Origin: Dimargaris cristalligena
Lineage: Eukaryota
DNA length: 34,163 nt
NCBI GenBank assembly: GCA_003614675.1
Contig: ML002395.1
Location: forward strand, 1 to 34,163
Reading direction: 5' to 3'
Below, piece by piece: positions 1-11,976 of this stretch. A model generated the notes under the pieces. That model ran no database searches and had not been told where the DNA came from. It saw only the letters and a program-made list of their open reading frames with translations. The position numbers were made by a program, and so were the translations under genes. Numbering within the stretch: position 1 is the first letter of the stretch; every line of letters starts with the position of its first letter.

Positions 1-1260
1 CTTACTGCCACCTCTTGGAACAGCAAGTCTATCATCACCTTTCCCTTTTTATCACCTATCTTTTTGAATAAAGTTCAATTTTCAAGGATTTGAGTTCAGT
101 TCTTTACAGCAAGCATTTCTACCTGAAGGGTGGGGTTGGAAGAACTATACCCATGCAGTTGCTATTTGCAATACATATATTTCATTACAATAGAGCCAAC
201 TAGTAAAGCTCAGGGTGTAACTACAACTGGTCTCTGTAAAGAGAAATGCACACTAAGGTTTATACAATTTAAAGGGAAATATTATAGCAAAGGAGCCACA
301 TCTGCCTGGGATTATTTGGGTATTTTGGGGTTGATGATAATATGCAATAATATTAAAATTAGTTGAATTTGAACTATGTGTACTATGAATCATTTTTTAT
401 ATATAGCTATATTTATAGGGGTGTGCAATATTAGTAGATCTGGGGTTTTGGGATAGACTAAAGGGGAATGATAGTCATTAACAATATTTTAATATATACC
501 AGTTAAAGAAACTGCCTAGTAGAATTTGGCTCTATGAAAGAAACATCCTGTATAACCTCCTGTCGGCCCTCCTAATCTGACTTAATCCAGACCTAATGAT
601 TACCCATCCTATTTAGGCCTTATAGTGCCATACTAACCCTCCCATAGTTACCCCCAGTACTATGGGGTCATCCTTTATTATATAACCCCACTCATTTGAC
701 CCCAACACTTTGCACTCTAAATACTCAACTTGCTGATCCAAGACTCTTCCAGTTCCCATAAGAGTCTTCCTGATGTGAAGCCATCTGGTCAGATTCTTTA
801 CTTATCTATACTATAGTCTTAGTAATCTTTCCCTTGGGACCTCCCTCTGGAGCCATCCCTGTGTATATATAATTAGGCCCCACTGGGACTAGTTTGATTC
901 CTTAGCTTATTATTACCCCCTAGTTTACCCCAATAAACTCTATATATACTTACCCCCCTTATACTAACTAGTAAGTGTACCTGCTGTATGTCCCTGACAT
1001 TTACCTGCATTCTCCTTTATTGGTTAATACTACACCCTCATCCTAATACTAGTAGCCCACTTGGCCAAGTCTAAGCCCTGCCTACTGTTAGAAGCCTATC
1101 CTTGGGACTCTTAATAGACTAAGAGTGGTAAACCCAGGCAATACCTCCCACTTTGATAATGGCTTCCCTCTCTACTTCTTATCTAGTAATTGTAAATGAC
1201 TTACTTATGTACTGGCCATTACATGGCATCTCACTGAGTAATTTATTTTATTAGTCAGAC
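1..1260 (+). mobile_element. Decayed non-LTR (LINE, L1/Tx1-like) ORF2 relic: RT C-terminus and C-terminal CCHC (zf-RVT-like) region
   Basis: Degenerate motifs in the expected order: TGL..KEKC and WDYLG (~225-325), (W)SKTLPVPIRVFL (~735-775), PHWD*FDSLAYYY..YP (~878-932, restorable to C..C...DSLAH...CP by a few substitutions, mostly transitions) and a W-rich end (~1095-1125). Many stop codons and almost no CpG. Nucleotide-similar to the reverse complement of ~28800-29300. Ends approximate. Confidence 0.6.
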
Positions 1261-1417
1261 CTAGTCTAACTGATACAAAGTGCGGCAATTCAACTTGCTA
1301 TACAGATAAAAGGCCACTATGGGGTTGAAGAAATGCCAAGGGGTATTGGGGGGCATCACCTGACTAAGTATATATATATATATACTTGTAAATGCAGTAG
1401 TCTCTTAGCACCTCACT

Positions 1418-2619
1418 CTACCGGAAAAAATGGATTAAAAACCAAATAAACCCAATAGTAGCAATGACGCCTGTCCAGAAGACCCACTTGTCCTGGGTCG
1501 TTCGCCGTTCAATGTAATGAATAACCGATCGGGAGAGGCCTAAGGTGTTGGCCGTATCCAAGATTTTTCGGCGAGAGTTTTTAAGCCATCCGCGCTGTTC
1601 ACGTAGATTAGAAAGGGCGGCCTGGGCCGTCTCGATAAACCCGTCAATGGCACCCTCGGATTGTTGCAGACTGTTTTGTTCGCGGTGGACATAGTCCATT
1701 TCGATGGCTGTGGCTTCAAATGGCTATAGATCGGATGGGGCAGGAAAGCAAAATACAAGAAACGGGGCCACGGTACATTCAACCCAGGTATAACACAGAG
1801 GTGGTGATTGGAGGGTGAGAAAATGTGTAGAGCAAGCGGGGGTAGATGCCTGAGGTTGGCGAACAGAGGATTCTGTAGTAAGTGATGATACAGCCTGGAG
1901 AATAAGCCATACACCTGGTGGTCATGTCGTCTTGGCGGCCGAATTGTGACGATATAATAGTCTTCTTTGGAAACTTACCTTATTCGAATCAGTTGGCCGA
2001 CGCTGCATCAGCTCTTGACGATGGGCGGTCTGGGTCTGTTTCGTCTGTTCCTTGACTTTTTCCCGCTCCAAGCGCTGGCTCAGGTTATTGTATTCATCAA
2101 GGAAAGTTCGAATGCGCTCTTTAGCCTGCTGCTGGCGCTGTACGACGAATTCCTTTTGACTAAGCGACTGATACTTTTGAATAGATTGGTGAAAGCCGGC
2201 AAGGCGGGTTTCCAGTTCGGCTGCAACGTAAGTAAGCGTATAAATGGGTGATGAGATGAGGGTGAGGGGAGGAAATGGGGAATTAGATAGGGTGTTTAGG
2301 CATGGTTGGTATAGGAAGACCTAGGCTGAACTGGAGTTGTGAAAATGGGGGTCATGTCTGACAGCACTGGTAAACTGAGGAACTAAAGGCTCGGCATTTC
2401 AACCGGTACGCCGGATGGGTATTCGACCATTTCATTTAAACTATTTTTTTTTCTCTAGACTGGGGGGGATTAGTACACCCATTGAAGGCGAGAGATGGAC
2501 AAAGCAGCGCGATGCTTACCTCGGAGAGCGGGCGTTACATCGACTCCGGACTCGTACTTGGTCAAGTCCTGCTGAAGCAGAAACAGCTGCTTTTTGGCAG
2601 TATTATATGTGGAATTCAT
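1418..2619 (-). CDS. BOS1: Golgi Qb-SNARE Bos1/membrin (GOSR2 family), 3 exons, 215 aa
   Basis: Exons 2619-2520, 2220-1979 and 1723-1418, with GTAAGC/GTAAGT donors and CAG/TAG acceptors, join in frame (MNSTYNTAKKQLF...). The C-terminus LREQRGWLKNSRRKILDTANTLGLSRSVIHYIERRTTQDKWVFW plus a TM helix is typical of Bos1. Confidence 0.93.
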
Positions 2620-3241
2620 GGCCAAACTGGTAATGGGAGAATGAAGAGTAAACGAAATGCTATATGTACAAGAAAATAGAAGTCAAGGATGAAAGACATC
2701 TGGTGGCCAAGGCACTGTGGACTATTCTCAGGCTGGGTATAGCAGCCAAGCCGGCTGGTAGAGGTGTAGAGGTAGGATAGGTGGAGGGGCTAGTTAATAT
2801 CGTCAGTAATATATTGGATGTTTCGATAGTCTCGCACAAACAGCCTACACCTACATAATCACTATAATGGAAGCCTCTTTTTATAATATTCGTAACACAC
2901 CCCTTGCCACTCTACATCCTAATTGGTAAACTGGTGTCCACCCGGCTACTGAAGCCTCCTCTTTTGGCTACCTGTCGCGTATGTGAAATAAAAAAACCCC
3001 CAGCCCCAGCACAACCATTCGCATATCGCATTTCAATATAATTATTTAGTATTATTATTCTATCAGACACCACTGGTGCTTTTGGGGCATTATGTCATTA
3101 GCATAACATCAATCCAATTGGGAAATACAATTGCCTGGTTAGTAGTCACCTTTTCATAGACCCCCTAGGATACACACATTAGGCTAGTAAAATTAGTACG
3201 GCCAAAAAAATAGACCCTATCCACTATCAAACCGAAAGAAG

Positions 3242-4374
3242 TTAGCCAAAGGACGAAAGGGTTGAAATAGTGTCATCAAAGCGAGCCCGGCGCATGGGCG
3301 AAGGGGGTCGGTACTGGGGCACCGCCGGCTCGGGAGGGGAATTGAGTCCCAATAGTTGCTGCTGAAGGGCCAGGCGTCTCAACCGACGACGCTTCCGAAG
3401 CACCAATAAACCGAACAACGTCATGGCCAACACGCACAGTAATATTGCCGAAATAACAATCGCCAAAATTACCTCGGAACTCAGGCGGATTCGGGTGGTA
3501 TTCGACGAGTGGGAGTCGCTGGGAGTAAGGTAGACCCGCAAATAAGCCCGCCGGGGCAAATTGGCCGCACTCGAATCTAATTCACTCAAATCCACGCTTG
3601 GGTCGCCGCCTAACACCGCCGCCTCATTGGCAAACGAAAAGGTGTTGTTTTCGATGGCCTGCACCACATTTTCCAAATAGGTACCCAAATCGCCGGGGAT
3701 AACGCAATTGTCCTTGGTGGCCAGCTTGCGGGCATAGAGTACGTCGACCTCGCCCTGGGTACTGTACAGAAGCGCAAGATTGGTAAGACGCAAATCTTCA
3801 TCTTTAAGAATCGAGAAAATTTTGCCGTACCTGTCGAAATTATACAGAGTTACGTAGCCGTCGGGAATCGTCAAGTTTTGGGTAGGAGTATCCTTCCAGA
3901 TGTAAAGAAATCCCTAGTGTGAGGAGTAGTTTCAAAGAATGCATCCCAAGACGAGTAGGGATTAGCGGACGGACAAAATAAATTGATGTACACTGAAACT
4001 TAAGAAAAGCTAAAATACCCCAAAAAGGGCCGCGGCCAACCCCGCCTATGACGATGTCTAATAAAGAGGTGTCTGGCGGTTAGAGATTCACTCGTCGCTC
4101 TACTGCCCACACAATAATCGAGAAACGAAAAGGCTACCCCCGCGATAGTAAACTCGACCCGACTTACCGAATCCTGGGTTGGAACATTGACTAACCCCGT
4201 ATACCTTGGCGAATCCTTGACGTCCTGCAGTTTAACGGTAGATGCGTTGACCTTGATGGTTGTCAGGTCGGGAGACATGAGAAGGATGTCTAAGTAGATA
4301 CTTAAATCCGCGTTGGCCCAGACGGAATGGGCGCCAGCCAATAGCCCGACCAGGAATACGATGGCTTTAAACAT
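3242..4374 (-). CDS. Uncharacterised single-pass type I membrane protein (~292 aa, 2 exons)
   Basis: Exon 4374-4168 (MFKAIVFLVGLLAGAHSVWA signal peptide; GTAAGT donor) joins in frame to exon 3913-3242 (TAG acceptor, GFLYIW...). TM segment VILAIVISAILLCVLAMTLFGLLVL is followed by the stop-transfer RKRRRLRR. Confidence 0.8.
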
Positions 4375-5999
4375 ATTGAACGAGTGGCGCTGACCGAAAT
4401 TGAAGCTACTGTGTTTCCTCCGACGGGGTCGATGAAATGCTGGGGTAGCCCCGCAGAAATTTAATAATAGAACGAAATAGTCCAGGGAAAAGAAGTAATA
4501 ATAGTCAACCCCACGTAATATATATATTAAATGACCGATATTTACCAATAGTGAAATCAGTCTACAAACATGAAGGGGGTGGTGTCGAGCGATGTCTATC
4601 GACCACCAGCGCGACCATACATTTACTTTATATAAAGTGGCGATGGAGGGAGGGTGAGTGGGGGAATAATTTGTTAACGCGCCAGGGAGTTGAGGCGGGC
4701 CCCGCGCTCATAATATTTGACCTTTGTTCCTTCGACTGATGTGAAATCGAAAGGCCATATCAATGGCTATAAACCAAAGCGAACTCCCGACATGGGTTTA
4801 TTGCGCAATGAGAGATATCCGGCTGGACGAGACGAACATGGGAGTGATAATAAAGATTAGGAATACCGAAGGGTTGGAATGGAATGGAATAGGTGTAAAT
4901 ACTCTTCCTAATTTGGCAAGGCCCCTCTCTACCGGACCTAATGGATCCGCATGCAATTGGTGAGGCTGGAAATACCCCCACCCCTACAAAGCTATATTGA
5001 GGTTTTGGCTGGACACAGGGGCCACCTTGTTAATCATGAGCTTGGGAGGCGGTGGAGGAAGTCGCCCTCTTTATGGGCAAGCCAGTCGACCAAACAAAAT
5101 GGCTGGTACTGAATCAGCCATGGTTTCCACCGGTCTATTCTTCGACTTTCAGGATTTAATTAGCCCATTACAAGAAGTATGTGACAGTTCTTAGCCTACC
5201 TCAACTTACGTAGCTATAAGTTATATCGGGAGTCGACCTGGTAAAATCATGTTCAGCCCGGCCAAAATAACGAATATGGGTCATTGGAAAAAGTGGATTT
5301 GCATTGGTGAGAAGGTGAAGGACCTTTGAACAAACAGAAGCCCCGCTGGTCAACCTGGTCACCACCTCACCGAGTGACCTCTCTTTGTGCTAACCACCCT
5401 GGACAAAAACAACACCTTCGTCTTCCTATACCATTTATTTGTACGCCGCCGAGGGGTGGGCGACCGCCCCCTACTGCTTGCACTCAAGAGAAATGCATCA
5501 GTCTAATCATCGATTAGCTTAGCGAGATTCTAATAAATTGGTATGTAATGATTTCTCACCACTATATAGACGCGTCACCAAAGCAAATAATAAATTTTAT
5601 TTATTTATTTTTCAAGAAAGAAGTATGATATTTTCACTCTGATTACATACATTGACTCACCCCTGCCCCGCAATCTTGAAATAGAGGTTCTTATATGAAT
5701 GTTAAAACGGGCCCTCAAGCTCCAACTAGCTGCTAGGAAGAGAAAGTAGCAAATACTCTAAGCGTGAGAGGATCGCCGGTTCTTGCTTGCCTATTTGAAT
5801 GACTAAGCGAACGACGGGGGACACTGTGTTCAAAGTATTGGGAGCAGTAGTGATTTGGCCTATTAGAATGTCTGATATAGGTACAGTTTGAATGGACTAG
5901 GTCGGGGTAAAATTAATGCCCGGTTTCTTGGAAAATGGGGTTTTATCCAGATCCCCACACACACACACACACTCGTTTTCTCTCTTTACACGAAAGATT

Positions 6000-6494
6000 T
6001 AGCATGTCGTCGCTCACAGCAGGTGAACCTATTGCTCAATACAACTCAACAAATGCAATGTGCAATTGTTGGTTATAATTTACCAATCATCCACCCACCT
6101 ACTTACACCAATGTACAAGGACGTTACCGATACCTCCTTAAGCCCGAACTGAAACCTATATCTCCTGAAATACATAAGTCGGATCGTATATTGCGAGGAT
6201 ACCTGAACGTAACGGACTGTAATTACGAGGATGGAACTTAATTAAACCAGATTATGCCCTTCAACTGATATTTCAAGGGAAAATAATACTGCAATAAAGT
6301 GTGTATTGGTGCAGATGGGGGTCAGCTGGTGAATGAGGACGGAAATGGCTGCAAGGGATACTGAGTAAGGGAATTTTATTTAGGTATAATCAATAGTAAG
6401 AGTACCTAATTGTACACTTACCAATCCCAGCCGATGCTCGGGTAAGTGGGCAGCGAGAGCACGCAAATGCCCAACCTGCCGGGAAAGTCCATAA
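6000..6494 (+). pseudogene. Decayed RING-H2 (E3 ligase-like) pseudogene fragment
   Basis: Reads CKGY*VREFYLG from 6350, then after a +1 frameshift VRVPNCTLTNPSRCSGKWAARARKCPTCRESP* to 6494. RING-H2 spacing is kept; the two His positions are CTT and CCC, each one substitution from a His codon. The 5' boundary is uncertain. Confidence 0.55.
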
Positions 6495-9400
6495 TAAACA
6501 AAATGCTATTTGGGGCCATTGGCAAACTCTCAAGCTACTCCAATGAAAAGTCATGAGCACCGCCATTAGTACTCACTAACAAAACCACCGGGAAGGCCGG
6601 GTATTTTGTAGTGAAAGAACAGGTCGGTCTGTGCATTCAAAGGTTGGGGAGTGGAGCATCCGCCCGGCTGGCATCACCTATGCAGACATCGGTCCATTGA
6701 GTAACCGTGACCTCTGATGCCAGATAGCCGGGCAGTTGCCGGTTCACATGCCGACCCAATCCCGCTAACAAGAATCTAATAAAGAGACCCGCTGCATACC
6801 CGTCGCCATACAGTGTCGCGGGAAAAAGCGGGTGGCAAACGAGAATAGCACTACCCTCCCCCAACTCCAGCTCATCCTGCCCATTTATTTAAACATACTT
6901 TAGGCCAACGCTTTGAAAATCCGAGCTCATAGAGAATTACTATGCACAACCCATCTGGCCCAAACACAGTCTTGTAACCATATATTAACCTAGATGGATA
7001 GCAAAACTGATCACACCAGCCTTTACCCTATAGGAAAGTACAGAGAAAAAGTACAACTTAGGCCCACTGAGCGTTGAACATGTCCATTTTATTTGGCCAG
7101 TCTGGGTAGGACTGACTGAAATAGGGGGAGGGGGTTCAACCCAGTCGCTATTATTTCCCATGGATTAAGGGATTGGCGGGCTATCATGTCAGAGATATTC
7201 TGACACAGATAATATTTGCGGGGACCGATCCCTCTACGTATTAACAGTACCTCACACTGGTGTGCTAATAATAAAGAAGTTCACGAGAGAGGGGGGCGAG
7301 TTGATAGGCTGAGTAAGTACGAATATTCCCAAGGCACCACACGGCACAGTTTCTTTTCGTTTCTCGGGTATTGGAAGAGGAAGAAATAGAATGGAATAGA
7401 AAGCGATACCAACCGAGGTGGCCAGTTGGTGAGGATGCAAAGAAAAACTCAATCATGCCCACTTGCTGATACTACAGCGGTGCCACGTCTATTTCATTTC
7501 TAATGGGCACAGTCAGCATGTCGATGTAGATATGGGGAGGCATGAGCTACCGTGTGGGTGGGAGAGGGGCGGGGCTTAAAGTCGCCCATGGGAACCGGCT
7601 AGGGCCGACGTTATGGTAAACGGCCGATATAAATAACAATAACTATCAACGTAGACCGGGAAAGTGCGTGTCAACAGACAAACGAACTACCCCGCAGAAT
7701 ACCTGTCCGTAGATATCTGCAGGCCCATGCACGTTTGCGACATTGAAGGGAGTACTGCATCGGGCGTATCGGGTACGCGGGACCCACCAAGGAACCCCCT
7801 TCGGTAGACATCTGCAGGACCAGGACCTGTAGTTGTGCGTTTCTTGGGATGAGGGAGAAAAGAAAAACATTGCACAACCCACGCATCGGTTTATTTTGAT
7901 TACTTTTTATCACACCCGCCGCCCATTCTATTCACGTACCTGCATGGGTTCAATGGGGGGGGGGAGAGAAAGAGAAGTGATGGGCCCGGATAGTCCACCC
8001 ATTCGCATGTATTACAAAGATGTACACTATCGCAGTCCAGCCCATTTCACTTCAAACCCCTCACGCCATGCTTAGAATGATATACCCCAGCTGCCTCCCC
8101 CTAATTCTGGCATTCTATTTCCGACAAACAATATTGTCAGGTGGCCGATTCAGATGTAACGTCGGGGCGCCATGCATGTCATCCAATTACACGGTCGGGC
8201 CGACCAATTTCCCGTCAAGGAACTCTAAATATAGTCGGGACAGAATTGGGGCAAAGGGCCTGATGCCAAAGAACGAAATAACACGATTGAGGGGATGGGG
8301 GTGGTCAAGGCAGTGTGAATCCGTATACGGCCCGGTATTGGGCGTATTGCATGTACTCCCTCCACCCGATGCTGTTCAAAATATGAGCTGTACTGGCTGA
8401 AGAGTCGGTAACATTTTAACAACCATAATGGGGCACCGGGGAGCTTGGTCATCCGTTCATCTATAATGGCAAGTGGTTCTATGTGATTATAAAACATTCC
8501 GTAGTGGGCAGTATGGGTGTGGAGCCAAACAAACCCCACTGGATGGACTGCCTGTTATGATAGTATCAGTTCTTTCTAAATATATCTAGTATAGCAAGGG
8601 GGGAGTGGTGGCCCCCTCCCCTCCTCAAAACTGGCTAATCCACTGTTTGGAAAACCAGGGTAGCGGTGACTCGCTTCTAATTAACATATGAGCGTGGGGG
8701 TACTTGAGTAACTGTAATGGTTAGGATTTTTGGGCAGTGCTGCTAAAGATGGGTAGGTAAGCGATGGGGGCAGTTATGGAAAGTCGGCCAGGCCGATCTT
8801 TGAGGACCGATGGGCTAATTGACTGGCACTACCCAAGCTGTTGAAGGGATTGCGATTGTCACCAAATGGACGGTAGTAAAAGGATAGGAGAGGGAGGGGG
8901 TGACGCGGATCGCAGCAGATTTAAGCCAAGGGACTTGTTGACACGGTGGCTATGGACGGGGAGGAGTATCCACCCGGGACCACTTGCTTTATTCGGATTC
9001 GCAGAAGAACTCGGCAGGCGATTCGGATACCGGCTTTCAGTAGGGCCATGGTAGGATATCAGTTAAACGAAGGCCCCAAATGGGCCAGGCAAAGGGGTCG
9101 AGTTGCAACCGGATGGAGCAGTGAAAGCTGGAGTTGGCTAGATCTTACGAATGATTAGATGAATTCACTATAGTTGGATTCATTAATCACAACCGAGAGC
9201 CGTGGGCCGCGTATCATCCACTAGCATGGTAATGGCAATCAGGGGTCCCGGTGGATAGGACCAAGAAGGGGGACCATTGGTTAAAGATGGCGCCAATGGT
9301 CCAGCCAAGGAACCACTCTCCAACTGGTTAAAGGCTGCTTTTTTAAACCTGTTCTTGGTCTAGGAGAGTATTTCCGGTTGCCTATTGGCCAGCTGGGTGG

Positions 9401-10349
9401 GGAGATCATGGTCGGTCTAACTTACGTGTGTCATCTTGTGAGCAAACCAGCCCTCCCCCGTTGACGAAGCAGCGTCTCCGATAAAGGGGAGAAAGGGAAA
9501 GAACACTCTACAATCGGTGGTGCGGGAGGCTGAGCCGCCACACCATGCGAACAGACGAAATAGCACAATAATCATTTCCCAATTCCACATTCATAGTGGG
9601 TGGCATTTTGGCGATCCATTATCGGGTGCTGAGAATATATTTAATAGAGTAATGGTGTGGCGGCCGCCGTGCTGAGTAAATTACAAGGATGGGGGGAGGC
9701 CGAGACGATCGCAACGACTCGATGGGAGCTGCCGAGAGCTAGGCAGCGGCAATGATAGGTGTTCAAACAAGTGAGCCCGGGAGATACCCATGTATATTTA
9801 TATATATTTAGCGGAGGAATCACCTGCGGGCGTGGGAGAGGCGTAAGAGGTGGCACAGAACGTCAGTAAGAGTCCATTTATTATTTATACATTTATAAAG
9901 GGTGGAATAGTAGTAATTATTTATATTAGAATACGTGGACATATATATCATCATCAAATGGACAGATGGTCACAACACAGCCCGCCAAAACCAAGCGACC
10001 GAATGGCTGGTTCATGCGGCCGGGAGTCGTGCGATGGTCGAAGCGAACGCATGTCGGCGGTCGGGTCATTTTCATATCGCCGCTATTTAGGCTGACCTGG
10101 TGTTGTGTACATATGTGCATCGGGGTATAAACAGACGTGTGTATGTATGTGTTAGTGCGGGCCGCATTCCCCCCCATTCATGGGGTAGGAGAACAACCAT
10201 TGAGTGCGGGGTGCGTATAATGAAAATTGGGCCTCATTTGTGTTTACCCGCCCAGCTGGCCCGACGTCGCGGCTTGTATGCGGGGGTTTGCAAAGGATGC
10301 TTTTATAACCCAGCCCTTTTGCCCGCACTTGTCTTCACCACCGGCATGC

Positions 10350-11976
10350 CCTCAAGACCTTATTACTACACCAGCCTCGTTCCTATAGTTTCGAAGGGCT
10401 TGACGGAGGTCCAGTTACCACGCCCGCTCTTTTCGTTTCTTGCAAATTCGCCTCTATCCCTCATCCTTCTCTGCTCTAATATCCACGGGCGCATACAAGC
10501 CTCCTTCCAGAGTTAGGCTGGTTCGCTTATCCTTTTGACTGTAAAGGTCCGACCTGGCCCTGGCCCGGGCCCCTCGACCCCCGAGCCCAGTTCTATTCAA
10601 ACCCAGAGCCGCCTTTTCACTTGACCTCCATTCTCATTGGTCGCGCACCCCCCTCTTTTCTGCTTTCTTTACTTATTTTTACTTATTGCTTTCTTTTCCT
10701 TTGCATTGGTGGTCTACTGCTTCTTCAGATTCCCAAGCCCCACGCTCTATCTCCCCTTCCTTCCCTTCTCTATCTACCCCGCCATTGACCAACCCATTTG
10801 AAGGGCGCTGAGTTAAAAGTACTTCTTCTTCGAGCCCCGCCCATTGGACTAGTCTTTGACCACTGCTGCTGTCTAGCCCCCCCCCTCTGCAGTGTTCTTG
10901 TAGGTCCCTCTCGTCGACCCGCGAGGGACTCTTTAAACTATTTCCCGTCCTACCCCGCCGGTGGTTTCGAAGGTACGTATGTCCCCCTCGCCTATATGCT
11001 TTTATTAGTTTAGTGCATATACTGAACTCCCGAAACCTTGTTACAGGCTAAAGTAGAGTGTTTTTTGGCGGTTCTCCACCCTCCAGTCTCCCCCATTTGA
11101 CCCGTTTTCCCAGGCCCCTCTCTAGGAGTCGCAGGTCCTTCCTTCCCCAGCCTGGGGGGTGAATATACTTTTATTTTCTATTATTATTATAATACTATAT
11201 GTAGAGAGAGGGTCTAACCTACCCTTGCTGGGGTAATTCAACCTGCCTTCTTCTACTACCCTCCACTTCGGCCCGCGCCTCTCCGTATTCTTTCTTCTCC
11301 TCCCCCACTTTGCTCTTTTTGACTTCTACAATTCCAAACCATACCCTTAGCCGGTCTTCACAGTCCTTTGACTAGCCCCTTTCTAGTTACACAAGTGCCT
11401 CACTTTTTTTACTTATCTCGTCTGGCAACACCGCCATCCAGCAGTATATATCTTCTTACCAGAGCACCACCGTCCCCGATCCCCATACCCTGTGTGTTCC
11501 ATCCACCGACTGTCCTTTTCCCACCTAACTTTACATTTATTCTACTCTACGCTGTGTGACCTTTTGCTCGGAACCGACATCCCCGTTGCTTCATCACCAT
11601 CGCCCTCTCTACCGTCGCGCCTAACGTCTACTCGCCTCAGTTTCAAATAGACCCCCCTCATCCACATAAACTTACCAGCTTAGCCGCTCCCGATTCGCGT
11701 TGGAACCTGGAAACCGCCTGTGTACCCGATTCTTTCCAGGCCATTGGCTCCTCCGATCCAGCTTCCAAACCGTTACCCCACCCCATACCCCTTGAGTTGC
11801 CGGAACCAACGCCGCCATCCCCTCCCGGTGGCCTACACTATCCCGACTTGCTTTATTATTTTTAATCCGGTGTTTCCCGATTCACGTCACCCTGGAACGG
11901 CCCATTCGTAATCTGTCGCCCCGCTGCCAGCGCCAAACGCTTTGACTGGTTTACAGGCCCGCTCACCCCCTTTATT
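10350..11976 (+). promoter_or_regulatory. Putative long pyrimidine-rich 5' leader of the B56 gene with candidate UTR introns (10973-11046; 11159-11350)
   Basis: C/T-rich + strand. GTACGT..TTACAG at 10973-11046 and GTGAAT..CTTAG at 11159-11350. The only ATGs found (10979, 10996, 11199) lie inside these segments. Confidence 0.5.

Noticed and set aside
1967..2679. + strand ORFs of 65-94 aa
   Set aside because: Antisense to BOS1 exons 1 and 2.
7121..7165. Possible fourth MITE fragment (ggggttcaacccag)
   Set aside because: Only about 12 nt resemble the TIR, and the internal core is absent.
9572..9619. Minus-strand mini-ORF MDRQNATHYECGIGK-TGA as a selenoprotein start
   Set aside because: No selenoprotein motif or SECIS seen; short ORFs ending in TGA are expected by chance.
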